From the sequence record NC_055708.1: DNA of 64,000 nt, one strand, 5' to 3'. Of this stretch, positions 35,608 to 43,633 are shown piece after piece. Below the pieces are notes generated by a model that was not told the DNA's origin, ran no database searches, and saw only the letters and a list, made by a program, of their open reading frames with translations. Position 1 is the stretch's first letter, and every line of letters begins with the position of its first letter. Position numbers and translations under genes: made by a program. Source of the stretch: Enterobacteria phage ATK47.

Positions 35608-35952
35608 ATGAAAGGTAATATTTATCTGGTAGTTCATGATTTAACGTTTTATTTTAACGAACAGGATACAGTTATTTCCGACCGGTTGATTAATTCATTA
35701 TATCAACACGCTGATTACGTTTATTTCCAAAATGAATTTGGCCATTGGAAGTTTCTTAAAAACCGTTCCGGGTTAACTAGTTTTGAATACTTTGACCGTA
35801 AAGACCTTTTAAACGAAATCCCATTGCAACATCGGTTCCAGAAACGCGAATCACTATACTATTGTCGCCATATACCAAATGCTGAATGTGTTTATGAAGC
35901 GATTAATCTATGGCGTCGGCGTCGAGAGCAAATTGATGATATGCCAAAATAA
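35608..35952 (+). CDS. hypothetical protein (114 aa) downstream of tRNAs
   Basis: SD GAGGAAA 4 nt from tRNA end, ATG 35608; could alternatively be non-coding. Confidence 0.45.
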   Translation: MKGNIYLVVHDLTFYFNEQDTVISDRLINSLYQHADYVYFQNEFGHWKFLKNRSGLTSFEYFDRKDLLNEIPLQHRFQKRESLYYCRHIPNAECVYEAINLWRRRREQIDDMPK

Positions 35953-36264
35953 GAAGCCGGGTCGCTACCGGCAAGTCGTCGGACTGATGTTCCCTGAGTA
36001 AGGACTGGTCTTAATAAATCTTTATGATTTGTTAATATCCCCTTACATCACAGCAGAAACGGCGCACAAAATTATCGATTCGAGGAAATATCTTTGCCGT
36101 AATCCGAGTAGCGTTTTTGACGGAACGTTCGGATATGGTCGAGATATGGCCTTTTAAAAATATTGAGTAGCGTCAACTGCTTAATAACCAGGTTCAAATC
36201 CCGGCGTTTCGTACAAACACTTGCCTTAGCAGGTGGAACCCCGACAAGGTTGCCGCAAGGCTTA
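35953..36264 (+). ncRNA. candidate stable structured RNA (position analogous to T4 species 1/2 RNAs)
   Basis: About 310 nt without ORF, GC-balanced with several local inverted repeats and a T-loop-like GGTTCAAATCC, ending at a terminator. Confidence 0.3.
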
Positions 36265-36290
36265 GCCCCTTCCGAAAGGTTGGGGCTTTT
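36265..36290 (+). terminator. rho-independent terminator
   Basis: GCCCC...GGGGC stem with GAAA loop followed by TTTT. Confidence 0.65.
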
Positions 36291-36335
36291 GGCATAATAA
36301 TAAATAGATAAGTTAATTAACTTAGGAAAAGCAAC

Positions 36336-36800
36336 ATGAAATCATACGCTGAATTTTTGACTGAACAATCTAGTTCAGATGTAAAAGCCGCTGCGATTGC
36401 AGCAATTCAAGCAGGTAAATATTCTTACAAAGACGCCTCTGATGAAGAACGTTTCCGTTTTATTAGAGATTTTAAAGCCGAAGGTTTTACTAATGCTAAT
36501 ACTGTTAGCCGAGTTTTTAAAAGCCTAGCTGCATCAGGTGAATTGTTCCAGAAAGCTACAGGTAAAGCACCTGCGCCAAAAACAGACCCTAAAGCAGCTC
36601 AAGAAAAAAATATCGCCAAAGGAATTATTTCTAAGTATGAAGCAATTCTTAAAGAGCTTTTAGTAATCAAAACAGAAGGCCAGAAACTGGCACGAGCACA
36701 TAGCTTCAAAGATAATCCTCACGCTCATAGCCTTGAGTATGTTGAAGATATCCAAAAACTTATTAAAGACCGTATCTGGTCTGCTAAACAAATTAAATAA
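36336..36800 (+). CDS. internal protein-like (CTS leader)
   Basis: 154 aa; N-terminus MKSYAEFLTE matches CTS pattern. Confidence 0.7.
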   Translation: MKSYAEFLTEQSSSDVKAAAIAAIQAGKYSYKDASDEERFRFIRDFKAEGFTNANTVSRVFKSLAASGELFQKATGKAPAPKTDPKAAQEKNIAKGIISKYEAILKELLVIKTEGQKLARAHSFKDNPHAHSLEYVEDIQKLIKDRIWSAKQIK

Positions 36801-36806
36801 TAGAAT

Positions 36807-36835
36807 GCCCCTTCCTTATGGTTGGGGCCTTTTGG
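36807..36835 (+). terminator. rho-independent terminator (repeat copy 2)
   Basis: GCCCCTTCCTTATGGTTGGGGC followed by CTTTTGG. Confidence 0.65.
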
Positions 36836-36866
36836 TATCTAGGGCATAAAAATATTTCATAAAGAT

Positions 36867-36895
36867 GTTTACTTCTTCCCTAGATGTGTTACTAT
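36867..36895 (+). promoter_or_regulatory. T4-type early promoter
   Basis: GTTTAC, 17 nt, TG-t-TACTAT. Confidence 0.6.
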
Positions 36896-36923
36896 AGATT
36901 TATCAACCACAGAGGAAAATATT

Positions 36924-37427
36924 ATGAGTCTTTACACTGAACTGAATAAAAAATCTGAAGAATCTGCTGAAACTATTTTTAAAAACGTGCAAAAGCGTAT
37001 TTTGGAAAAGATGTACGATGCAGCATCTAAAGGTGAAAAATCTTGCCGGTTTCCGATGAGGTGTTCTTCTGATTTATGCGCAAATACTATTGAATGGCTG
37101 GAAAGTGAAGGTCTTACGGTAGAGAAAAACCCGGCGACTTCTATTGACAGTGAATCATATATTAGTATTTCTTGGGATAAATCAAGGGTAGAAGAGAAAG
37201 ATGGTGATTGGGTTGTAGATGTTAAAACTTCTGATGGTGGACGTTCTGTTGAAGTTTCAGCTGTAGTTAAAGGTACCCACGGACAAAGGACTTGGGGTTG
37301 GGGTGGTGAAGAAAAAGAAATTGTTCTTAGTGTGATTGCAAGGTCTACTAGCAATAAAATTGCCCAGAGCATCATCTATGCTGCATGTATCGAAGCTGGA
37401 AAAATTTGCAAAATTAAAAATAAATGA
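36924..37427 (+). CDS. hypothetical protein (167 aa)
   Basis: SD GAGGAAA; ORF. Confidence 0.6.
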   Translation: MSLYTELNKKSEESAETIFKNVQKRILEKMYDAASKGEKSCRFPMRCSSDLCANTIEWLESEGLTVEKNPATSIDSESYISISWDKSRVEEKDGDWVVDVKTSDGGRSVEVSAVVKGTHGQRTWGWGGEEKEIVLSVIARSTSNKIAQSIIYAACIEAGKICKIKNK

Positions 37428-37456
37428 TGTACAAACACCATGGACGGTGTTACTAT
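37427..37456 (+). promoter_or_regulatory. T4-type early promoter (variant -35 ATGTAC)
   Basis: ATGTAC, 18 nt, TG-t-TACTAT; overlaps stop of upstream gene. Confidence 0.5.
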
Positions 37457-37485
37457 AGACCTATCAAATCAAGAGGAGAAACAAA

Positions 37486-37713
37486 ATGGCTAAAGTTAGT
37501 ATTGATGTCGTTGATTATGAATACACAGAAGAAGTTATTCGCAACCGTCACCCTGAAGTTCGTATCGATTCAGTACAAGATTCCAAGTTCTGGACAACTG
37601 AGCTTAATCTGAGTGGTCCTTATGAAGCTGTTAAGAAGTTCATGGTTGAAGAATACTGCGAAGGAATGCACCCGGAAGACGCCAAGTTTTATGTCAATTT
37701 GATTAAAAAATAA
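37486..37713 (+). CDS. hypothetical protein (75 aa)
   Basis: SD GAGGAGA. Confidence 0.6.
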   Translation: MAKVSIDVVDYEYTEEVIRNRHPEVRIDSVQDSKFWTTELNLSGPYEAVKKFMVEEYCEGMHPEDAKFYVNLIKK

Positions 37714-37742
37714 TTTACAAACTCTTGAGAGCAGAGTATAAT
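37713..37742 (+). promoter_or_regulatory. early promoter within palindrome
   Basis: ATTTAC, 18 nt, TATAAT; GAGAGC...GCTCTC inverted repeat flanks the -10. Confidence 0.55.
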
Positions 37743-37783
37743 GCTCTCATTGGATAATAAACCACCAATTGAAAGGTAATAAT

Positions 37784-38377
37784 ATGAACACACTGAAGAA
37801 ACTTGTTGAATTCATCCGCACTAAACTGGGTACTGCTATGGCTAAAAATCTGACTGTCGAAGAACAGTATAACGCAGCTGCAGATAAGTTGATTACCCAA
37901 ATCAAAGAACTAAAAACGGCTTCTGTTAAATCTATTAATGAAGAAAAACGTATTCGCGAACTTGTTAATGAAAAGAACAAGCAAGCCGCTTCTAAGGAAC
38001 GTGAAATTCGTAAGCTCCTGGCTGAAGGACAAGATGTTACCATGCATGCTAAGCTTGGTCTTCTGTATCGTCGAACTGCCGAACAACTTAATACAAAAGC
38101 TGACGGGTATGCCGCTATGCGAATTGAAATTGCTCGTAAGGTGGTTGAACTTGATGATGCTCGTCAGAACCTGGCAATCAAACTCGAATACATTCGTGAA
38201 ACTCGAGCAGCCAATGCCCTTGGTATCTCTACGGCTGATGATGTAATTGAAATCGCTGCACTGACTAAGGTTGATATCGAAGACACTCTGACTCGTGTTG
38301 AAACGTTCAATGGCACTCCAGCTGGTGTCGAAACCACTTCTGCTGATGTACAAGAATATATTAACTCTTTGAAATAA
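37784..38377 (+). CDS. coiled-coil protein (197 aa)
   Basis: ATG 37784 with SD; heptad-rich helical sequence. Confidence 0.6.
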   Translation: MNTLKKLVEFIRTKLGTAMAKNLTVEEQYNAAADKLITQIKELKTASVKSINEEKRIRELVNEKNKQAASKEREIRKLLAEGQDVTMHAKLGLLYRRTAEQLNTKADGYAAMRIEIARKVVELDDARQNLAIKLEYIRETRAANALGISTADDVIEIAALTKVDIEDTLTRVETFNGTPAGVETTSADVQEYINSLK

Positions 38378-38385
38378 AATAATAC

Positions 38386-38407
38386 GGAGGACTCCGGTCC
38401 TCCTTTT
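38386..38407 (+). terminator. rho-independent terminator
   Basis: GGAGGAC-TCCG-GTCCTCC followed by TTTT. Confidence 0.7.
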
Positions 38408-38426
38408 GGATAATAAAGGAGTTAAC

Positions 38427-39029
38427 ATGCGAAACCAAAATAATGATATTGACTCAATGTTCGAAGAGTTCCGAGATAAGGTAAATCCACCTACGTCCTT
38501 AGTTGATTCATTACGATATGTTGCAACCGGACGTAAATGGTACTGGTCGTCTTCTTATGAGACCACCGAGAAAACGGCTAGCCATAGCAGAAAATCTTTA
38601 TTAGCCCCAGGTATTATGATTCATGATATCGGAGCTATTGCTAAACTAGTTGCAGACCATGATATTAGATTCACTGATTTCGTTGCTCCTACGTGGTCTG
38701 TTTGTTGTTTAAACACTGAATGGGAATATATCAGCGAACGCTCTGAAGATTATTATGGTTTTAGAGATAAGCTTCTGAGGTCTAATATGTTTTATATCGA
38801 TACAGAAGTTCTAGTCGATAATAAAAAATATTACTTTACGTTAATCATCGATTCTGAAACTATGTATGAAGGCAAGCCTTTGCTTAAAAGAGTTGATGCT
38901 TTAAGTGCTATTGATGCGCTTTATGAAACTATGGTTGTTAGTCCTAATTTCACTAACAATTTAATCCTTGAGCAATTTATTATGGAATGTAGAGAATATG
39001 TCAAAGCCAACCCTATACATGCCAAGTAA
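38427..39029 (+). CDS. hypothetical protein (200 aa) with C-terminal FIMECR motif
   Basis: ATG 38427 with SD AAGGAG; C-terminus LILEQFIMECREY. Confidence 0.6.
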   Translation: MRNQNNDIDSMFEEFRDKVNPPTSLVDSLRYVATGRKWYWSSSYETTEKTASHSRKSLLAPGIMIHDIGAIAKLVADHDIRFTDFVAPTWSVCCLNTEWEYISERSEDYYGFRDKLLRSNMFYIDTEVLVDNKKYYFTLIIDSETMYEGKPLLKRVDALSAIDALYETMVVSPNFTNNLILEQFIMECREYVKANPIHAK

Positions 39030-39393
39030 GCCCTGGGCGTATGAATACAAGCGTAAATTAATCCCAAATGAAGTACTATTTGGCCCTATTTTAGCTTTAG
39101 CATTTTTAATCTTTATGATTATAGGAGCTGTTTTAGATTCTAGTGAAGTTATATCGTCTGATGCAGCATTTTCATTAATGTTCGTCGCACCACTTATTGT
39201 ACCGTTTTTATTAATGCCTATTAATTGGGCGGGATATTGGCACCAAGGCCGTCATCACAGAGCCCGATTAAGAGAATGGAAAGTTCAGTGCGCAAAAGCC
39301 CAAGCTCAGTATGATGAAGCTGTTAAAAAGTATGAATATGAAGAAGCTATGGAATTCGTTAAGGAAATAAGATGCAAAAGCCTCAACTCTTAA
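38998..39393 (+). CDS. small membrane protein (131 aa), two TM helices
   Basis: Weak RBS, overlaps upstream gene by 32 nt; hydrophobic helices; C-terminus EFVKEIRCK. Confidence 0.5.
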   Translation: MSKPTLYMPSKPWAYEYKRKLIPNEVLFGPILALAFLIFMIIGAVLDSSEVISSDAAFSLMFVAPLIVPFLLMPINWAGYWHQGRHHRARLREWKVQCAKAQAQYDEAVKKYEYEEAMEFVKEIRCKSLNS

Positions 39394-39731
39394 CCGTATG
39401 GCCTTCTCTTGGTGAGAACATTCTAATTTTTATTATGAGTATTGGCATGGGATTTGCCTTTGGATTAGTTGGATTTCTTATTGACGGCGTTGTGTTAGGA
39501 TTTATAGGGAACACTGGTGGATTCACAGACCAATGGCAGGACTTACGGTATACCCAAGCCTTTGCATCCATCGCATCATTTTGTACTGTAGTCTATTTTT
39601 ACTACGATTTTATAAACCACAACAAGAAAAATAAAAAGGTTTACGCTTCTCAAATGATTAGTTATAATGAACTCCTAGCTAGACGTGAAAATGAAACAAT
39701 CGAAAACTTTATTAAGGAATGTAGAAAATGA
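39372..39731 (+). CDS. small membrane protein (119 aa) ending ENFIKECRK
   Basis: SD AAGGAA; two hydrophobic helices; conserved C-terminal tail. Confidence 0.6.
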   Translation: MQKPQLLTVWPSLGENILIFIMSIGMGFAFGLVGFLIDGVVLGFIGNTGGFTDQWQDLRYTQAFASIASFCTVVYFYYDFINHNKKNKKVYASQMISYNELLARRENETIENFIKECRK

Positions 39732-40033
39732 GTAAGATTATTGAAATTAAAGTACCAGAGTTTAATGATGCCAAATCCGCTTCAGATGCAATTTATAAAC
39801 TTCTGAATCAAGCTGAACGTATCGAAGAAGAAGCAACAAAGATCGCAGACCAATATGCCGTATCATTTTCTGTAGGTGATTATGGTAGTGGTCGTACTTA
39901 TTATCCTAAGGGTGAAATCGTATCCCAGTGGATGAAAGATGAAATTGAAAATAATGGCGGCGATGTTAAGCGTGAAGGTAATGGATACGTTATTACTGAA
40001 GGTGCTTGGGTTTCGTCTTCTGCGTTGTGCTAA
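39728..40033 (+). CDS. tandem paralogue A (101 aa), C-terminal GAWVSSSALC
   Basis: SD AAGGAA overlapping previous stop; shares YG-x-G-x-TY and GxWVxSSxxC with next two genes. Confidence 0.65.
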   Translation: MSKIIEIKVPEFNDAKSASDAIYKLLNQAERIEEEATKIADQYAVSFSVGDYGSGRTYYPKGEIVSQWMKDEIENNGGDVKREGNGYVITEGAWVSSSALC

Positions 40034-40042
40034 GGAATCATT

Positions 40043-40315
40043 ATGTCTAAAGAACAAACCGAACTGGCTGAAGCTGTAGCAAAAATCTATGCAGCTATTG
40101 AGGCTGCCAAAGAAATTGCTGATAAACAAAACACAACATTCGACTTGTATCCAGCTTATGGTATGGGTGGAACCTATCATTCACCAGGACATCTTAAAGC
40201 CGATCTTGAACGTTGTACAAAAAACGGTTATGCCGAATGGGCTGACGTTTACCAATACGACTACAACCTGAGCCTCGAAACTGGTGGTTGGGTCGCATCT
40301 TCTCACACTTGCTAA
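40043..40315 (+). CDS. tandem paralogue B (90 aa), C-terminal GGWVASSHTC
   Basis: Junction TGCTAAGGAA-N5-ATG shared with paralogue A. Confidence 0.65.
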   Translation: MSKEQTELAEAVAKIYAAIEAAKEIADKQNTTFDLYPAYGMGGTYHSPGHLKADLERCTKNGYAEWADVYQYDYNLSLETGGWVASSHTC

Positions 40316-40324
40316 GGAAACAAT

Positions 40325-40522
40325 ATGTCTCGTGAATTAGATTGTGCTGTACGTACGGCAGTAGCTGCTCTGGAAAACCTGTTCCAAATTGCAACAGAAG
40401 AACGCGAAGAAGTTACATTATGGATTGAAGATAACGCAGGTCTGAATCTCCAGGACGCGATCTCATTATCCCACAATAGTATCACTGTTCAAGGCTGGGT
40501 ATCATCTAGTTATTCTTGCTAA
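40325..40522 (+). CDS. tandem paralogue C (65 aa), C-terminal QGWVSSSYSC
   Basis: Same junction sequence and C-terminal motif as A and B. Confidence 0.6.
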   Translation: MSRELDCAVRTAVAALENLFQIATEEREEVTLWIEDNAGLNLQDAISLSHNSITVQGWVSSSYSC

Positions 40523-40526
40523 AACA

Positions 40527-40556
40527 GTTTACAACAAGATAGGGCTATGTTATAGT
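40527..40556 (+). promoter_or_regulatory. T4-type early promoter within palindrome
   Basis: GTTTAC, 18 nt, TG-t-TATAGT; ATAGGGCTA...TAGTCCTAT inverted repeat. Confidence 0.6.
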
Positions 40557-40584
40557 AGTCCTATCAAAACAAATGGAGTCCACA

Positions 40585-40824
40585 ATGATTTATTACGAAA
40601 GTATCGGAACCAAAGTGGTTGGTAAAACCATTACTCGTGAAAAGTTTGCAAAGATATTCGATATGCGTTATAAAAAATCTGAACACAAAGGCATCCGATT
40701 CGAAGATGCGCACTGTACAATTTGCCCTTATAATGAAGACATAAACGGTACAATCGTTCCATTGGTAGAGGCTTCACATGATGACCTCTGGGATGAATAT
40801 AATATCGCATGTCGTGAAATTTAA
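40585..40824 (+). CDS. hypothetical protein (79 aa)
   Basis: ATG 40585 preceded by GGAG; His and Cys residues near the C-terminus (possible metal site). Confidence 0.5.
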   Translation: MIYYESIGTKVVGKTITREKFAKIFDMRYKKSEHKGIRFEDAHCTICPYNEDINGTIVPLVEASHDDLWDEYNIACREI

Positions 40825-40852
40825 GTTAATGAATTAATCCGAGGAAAATATT

Positions 40853-41809
40853 ATGATGTTAGTTATTGGTTCTCGTGCACTTCACTATCACGGTCTTATT
40901 GATTCTAGCGCTATTAAAAATAGTGATTGGGACTTTATTGCGGACCAAGGTTCTTGGAATGTATTCAAAAATCAAATGATGGGTGTATATGTTCACCAAG
41001 ATAACCCTGATGTCCAAGTTTTCAAATGCTTCCATAACGGACGCGAAACTCATTTTGAAGCATACATCGTTCCGGCTATCACTAACGTTCGCGAACTAGT
41101 CGGTGAACTCACTCCTGAAGATTTCACGTCTTCTTATGACCTTTTAAAATACGCCAAGAAAAATTTGACTAAAGACCGTTTGAACGGGTTTTACTGGGCA
41201 ACTCCTGAGATATGTCTTGCAATTAAGATGTCTCATCGTTTCAAGAAAAATAATCCATTCTTTTTAAAGACTATGAACCATATTCAGTATCTTCGTGGTA
41301 AAGGTGTTACACTGAACGATGAACTTACTGAAATTATGCTGAAACGCCAGAAAGAAACCTTGAATTATGCTCACCCAGTTCTTGACACTTCTAAAAGTGC
41401 GTTCTTTAAAGATGACATCTATACATATGACCATGATACTATTCATGAAGCCATTGCACTAACAGACCGTCCAGCGTATACATTTTATATGAAAGATGGT
41501 TCTGAAGTCATGACCTCACGCGAGAAGTTCGAATCATTACCAGAAATGGTCAAATTGGCCGGCGTATACGAAGAATCATGTGTACTAGCGTTAGAACGTT
41601 CTCAGATTCCTAATAACTTTGAAATCCATCCACGTGATAGTTTTATGATGGCCCTTGAAAAGGTCTGCACATCAATCACATCAGGATGGTTCCGTGAGTT
41701 CGCTTGGGAAAATTATAGCAAAGTAGTAAGTATGTACCAAAGCTTAGGACACGACGATTACGTCAAGCGTTTCAAACAAAACTTTCATATGGTAAAACCT
41801 TTCAAATAA
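40853..41809 (+). CDS. Pol-beta-fold nucleotidyltransferase-like protein (318 aa)
   Basis: N-terminal VIGSRALHYHG...NSDWDFIAD fits the hG[GS]-x(9-13)-D-x-[DE] NTase signature; rest uncharacterised. Confidence 0.45.
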   Translation: MMLVIGSRALHYHGLIDSSAIKNSDWDFIADQGSWNVFKNQMMGVYVHQDNPDVQVFKCFHNGRETHFEAYIVPAITNVRELVGELTPEDFTSSYDLLKYAKKNLTKDRLNGFYWATPEICLAIKMSHRFKKNNPFFLKTMNHIQYLRGKGVTLNDELTEIMLKRQKETLNYAHPVLDTSKSAFFKDDIYTYDHDTIHEAIALTDRPAYTFYMKDGSEVMTSREKFESLPEMVKLAGVYEESCVLALERSQIPNNFEIHPRDSFMMALEKVCTSITSGWFREFAWENYSKVVSMYQSLGHDDYVKRFKQNFHMVKPFK

Positions 41810-41822
41810 TTTCACAAAACAG

Positions 41823-41851
41823 TTTACAAGGTCTGTAGTTGTTGATACTAT
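41823..41851 (+). promoter_or_regulatory. T4-type early promoter within palindrome
   Basis: GTTTAC, 17 nt, TG-a-TACTAT; GGTCT...AGACC inverted repeat. Confidence 0.6.
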
Positions 41852-41889
41852 AGACCTATCAAAACAAATGAGTGAATGGAGATATAAAA

Positions 41890-42090
41890 ATGACTACTTT
41901 GAATAAACGTTTCGGTAAAGCTAAACCTGGTTGTGCAGCAGAACGTCGTTATGTTTTCGCTCAGTTAGAAGATGTAGAGTATCAGATTAATCAAGTTCAC
42001 ATTACTGGTATCGAGCCTATGTGTGGCCTTGAAGCTCTTCGTGAAGTTCGTGATGGGTATCGTCGTGACATCGAAGAAATGTCAAAATAA
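41890..42090 (+). CDS. hypothetical protein (66 aa)
   Basis: ATG 41890 preceded by GGAGA. Confidence 0.5.
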   Translation: MTTLNKRFGKAKPGCAAERRYVFAQLEDVEYQINQVHITGIEPMCGLEALREVRDGYRRDIEEMSK

Positions 42091-42120
42091 GTGTACAAAC
42101 TGATAGGACTATGTTATAGT
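42091..42120 (+). promoter_or_regulatory. T4-type early promoter within palindrome (variant -35 GTGTAC)
   Basis: GTGTAC, 18 nt, TG-t-TATAGT; ATAGGACTA...TAGTCCTAT inverted repeat. Confidence 0.6.
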
Positions 42121-42148
42121 AGTCCTATTAAAACATGAGGAGAATATT

Positions 42149-42454
42149 ATGAAATTAGGCGAAACCAACCGAATTGGTCTTTTAACAATATTTGTATCAC
42201 TTTTTTACGCAGCTCTTTCTGTTGCAGTATTACAAAAGGCTTACAGTATGGATGGTGTTCCTGGTTTTGTATTCTTATCGCCGTTTTTGCTATTCGTTGG
42301 AGCATTGTTATTATATGCCACGACTAGTTTCGACCATAACGTCTGGGTCAATTATAAATGTAAATTGTCTGAAGAAGAACACGCAGAAGCTCGTAAAAAA
42401 GCTATTGAATCTACCAATCTAGAAAATTTCATTAAAGAATGTCGAGGAAAATAA
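42149..42454 (+). CDS. small membrane protein (101 aa) ending NFIKECRGK
   Basis: SD GAGGAGA; two hydrophobic helices; conserved C-terminal tail. Confidence 0.6.
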   Translation: MKLGETNRIGLLTIFVSLFYAALSVAVLQKAYSMDGVPGFVFLSPFLLFVGALLLYATTSFDHNVWVNYKCKLSEEEHAEARKKAIESTNLENFIKECRGK

Positions 42455-42455
42455 T

Positions 42456-43142
42456 ATGAATAGTTCTAAAGTGTTTAATAGTCAAGCTCGTGCAGTAGGT
42501 GGTTTTGCTCATGCGATTAAAAATGACCAGATTAAAAACGAGCCTATGTTCTTTAATTGCGATTTGAATTTTGCTTTTGATAACGGCGGTCCAATTACTC
42601 GTAGCTTTATCCAAAATCTCCCTGACGATTGGAAAGACTCGGATGTAGTATTTGATTCACGAGTCCATATGCTGATGCCTGGTTGGTATCCTGCTATTCC
42701 TGGTTATCACCATGATGACGTACCACGCCCGGATATTCCGGTTGGTCAACATTTTATTACTGCAGGACAACCTGACTATGACAATCCTCGCTATTTGTCT
42801 GAACATATTCTTGGTCTTGTTAACGCTGATGTGTGTCCTACTCATTTTGCAACAGGAACTGCAGAGTTCAGTCAGATTCCTGATGGCGAACTTATCTATC
42901 GCCAGTGTCACAAAGAAGTCCTCGAAAAAATTGAAAAAGGTGAACTAGAGAAATGGGAAGCTCCAGATCGTACTCTTCTTCAGTTTGATTGGCAAACATG
43001 GCACACTGGTTCTCGTGCAATTAGTAATGGATGGCGTTGGTTCGGACGTGTATCTCGTAATACAGACCGAGTTAAAAAGATTACCAATGAAATTCGTGTC
43101 AATGCTCAAGTTTATCTGGAATTCCCTATGGAAGGCTGGTAA
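42456..43142 (+). CDS. putative 2OG-Fe(II) oxygenase-like protein (228 aa)
   Basis: H85-x-D87 ... H183 ... R198-x-S200 spacing fits the 2OG oxygenase facial triad plus RxS 2OG-binding motif; not verified. Confidence 0.35.
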   Translation: MNSSKVFNSQARAVGGFAHAIKNDQIKNEPMFFNCDLNFAFDNGGPITRSFIQNLPDDWKDSDVVFDSRVHMLMPGWYPAIPGYHHDDVPRPDIPVGQHFITAGQPDYDNPRYLSEHILGLVNADVCPTHFATGTAEFSQIPDGELIYRQCHKEVLEKIEKGELEKWEAPDRTLLQFDWQTWHTGSRAISNGWRWFGRVSRNTDRVKKITNEIRVNAQVYLEFPMEGW

Positions 43143-43633
43143 TGATTAACAAAACATATTGGTCTAATATAGACGATGGCAACGAAGGTATTTCGTACTA
43201 TTCAGTGGATTGGACAGGATGTCCATCCTACTTAGTGAAACGTATTTGCCAAGAATTTAAAATCGACCAGCCAGCAGGTATTATCGTGAACAGATACATT
43301 AATGGATATCAACCTATCGATGAAGTAATACGAACAACTCAAGCTGAGCTTGAAAAGTTTTTCAATAAGTGCCAATGGATAACAGGATGGATTATATTTG
43401 TACCGTCGGTATGGTTTTTCAGTACTAAGGTGAGTTCTTTCGGATTTGTTGATATTATTGCTATCTTATTAGCATCTAGTATCGTAAGTGTTGTTGGTGG
43501 CATCATTGGCGGCGGTACCGCCGCCATCATTATTAATCTTATTAAAAGTAGTTTACAAGAACATAAAGACAAGATAAAAGCCAAGAATAATGAAGTTGAA
43601 CGTTTTATTACCGAATGCAGGAATTTGAGATGA
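43142..43633 (+). CDS. membrane protein (163 aa) ending ERFITECRNLR
   Basis: C-terminal hydrophobic helices and conserved tail; ATGA overlap with neighbours. Confidence 0.6.
   Translation: MINKTYWSNIDDGNEGISYYSVDWTGCPSYLVKRICQEFKIDQPAGIIVNRYINGYQPIDEVIRTTQAELEKFFNKCQWITGWIIFVPSVWFFSTKVSSFGFVDIIAILLASSIVSVVGGIIGGGTAAIIINLIKSSLQEHKDKIKAKNNEVERFITECRNLR

Noticed and set aside
36170-36215. Possible third tRNA suggested by T-loop-like GGTTCAAATCC
   Set aside because: I could not build a complete cloverleaf (no matching acceptor or anticodon stems); kept only as part of the candidate structured RNA.
36932-37375. 147-aa minus-strand ORF
   Set aside because: Antisense to the plus-strand gene at 36924-37427; no promoter or RBS; Ser/Leu-rich low-complexity translation.
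37910-38428. 172-aa minus-strand ORF
   Set aside because: Lies entirely antisense to the plus-strand coiled-coil gene at 37784-38377, in a region where all supported genes are plus-strand; no RBS; likely an artefact of the codon composition of the sense gene.
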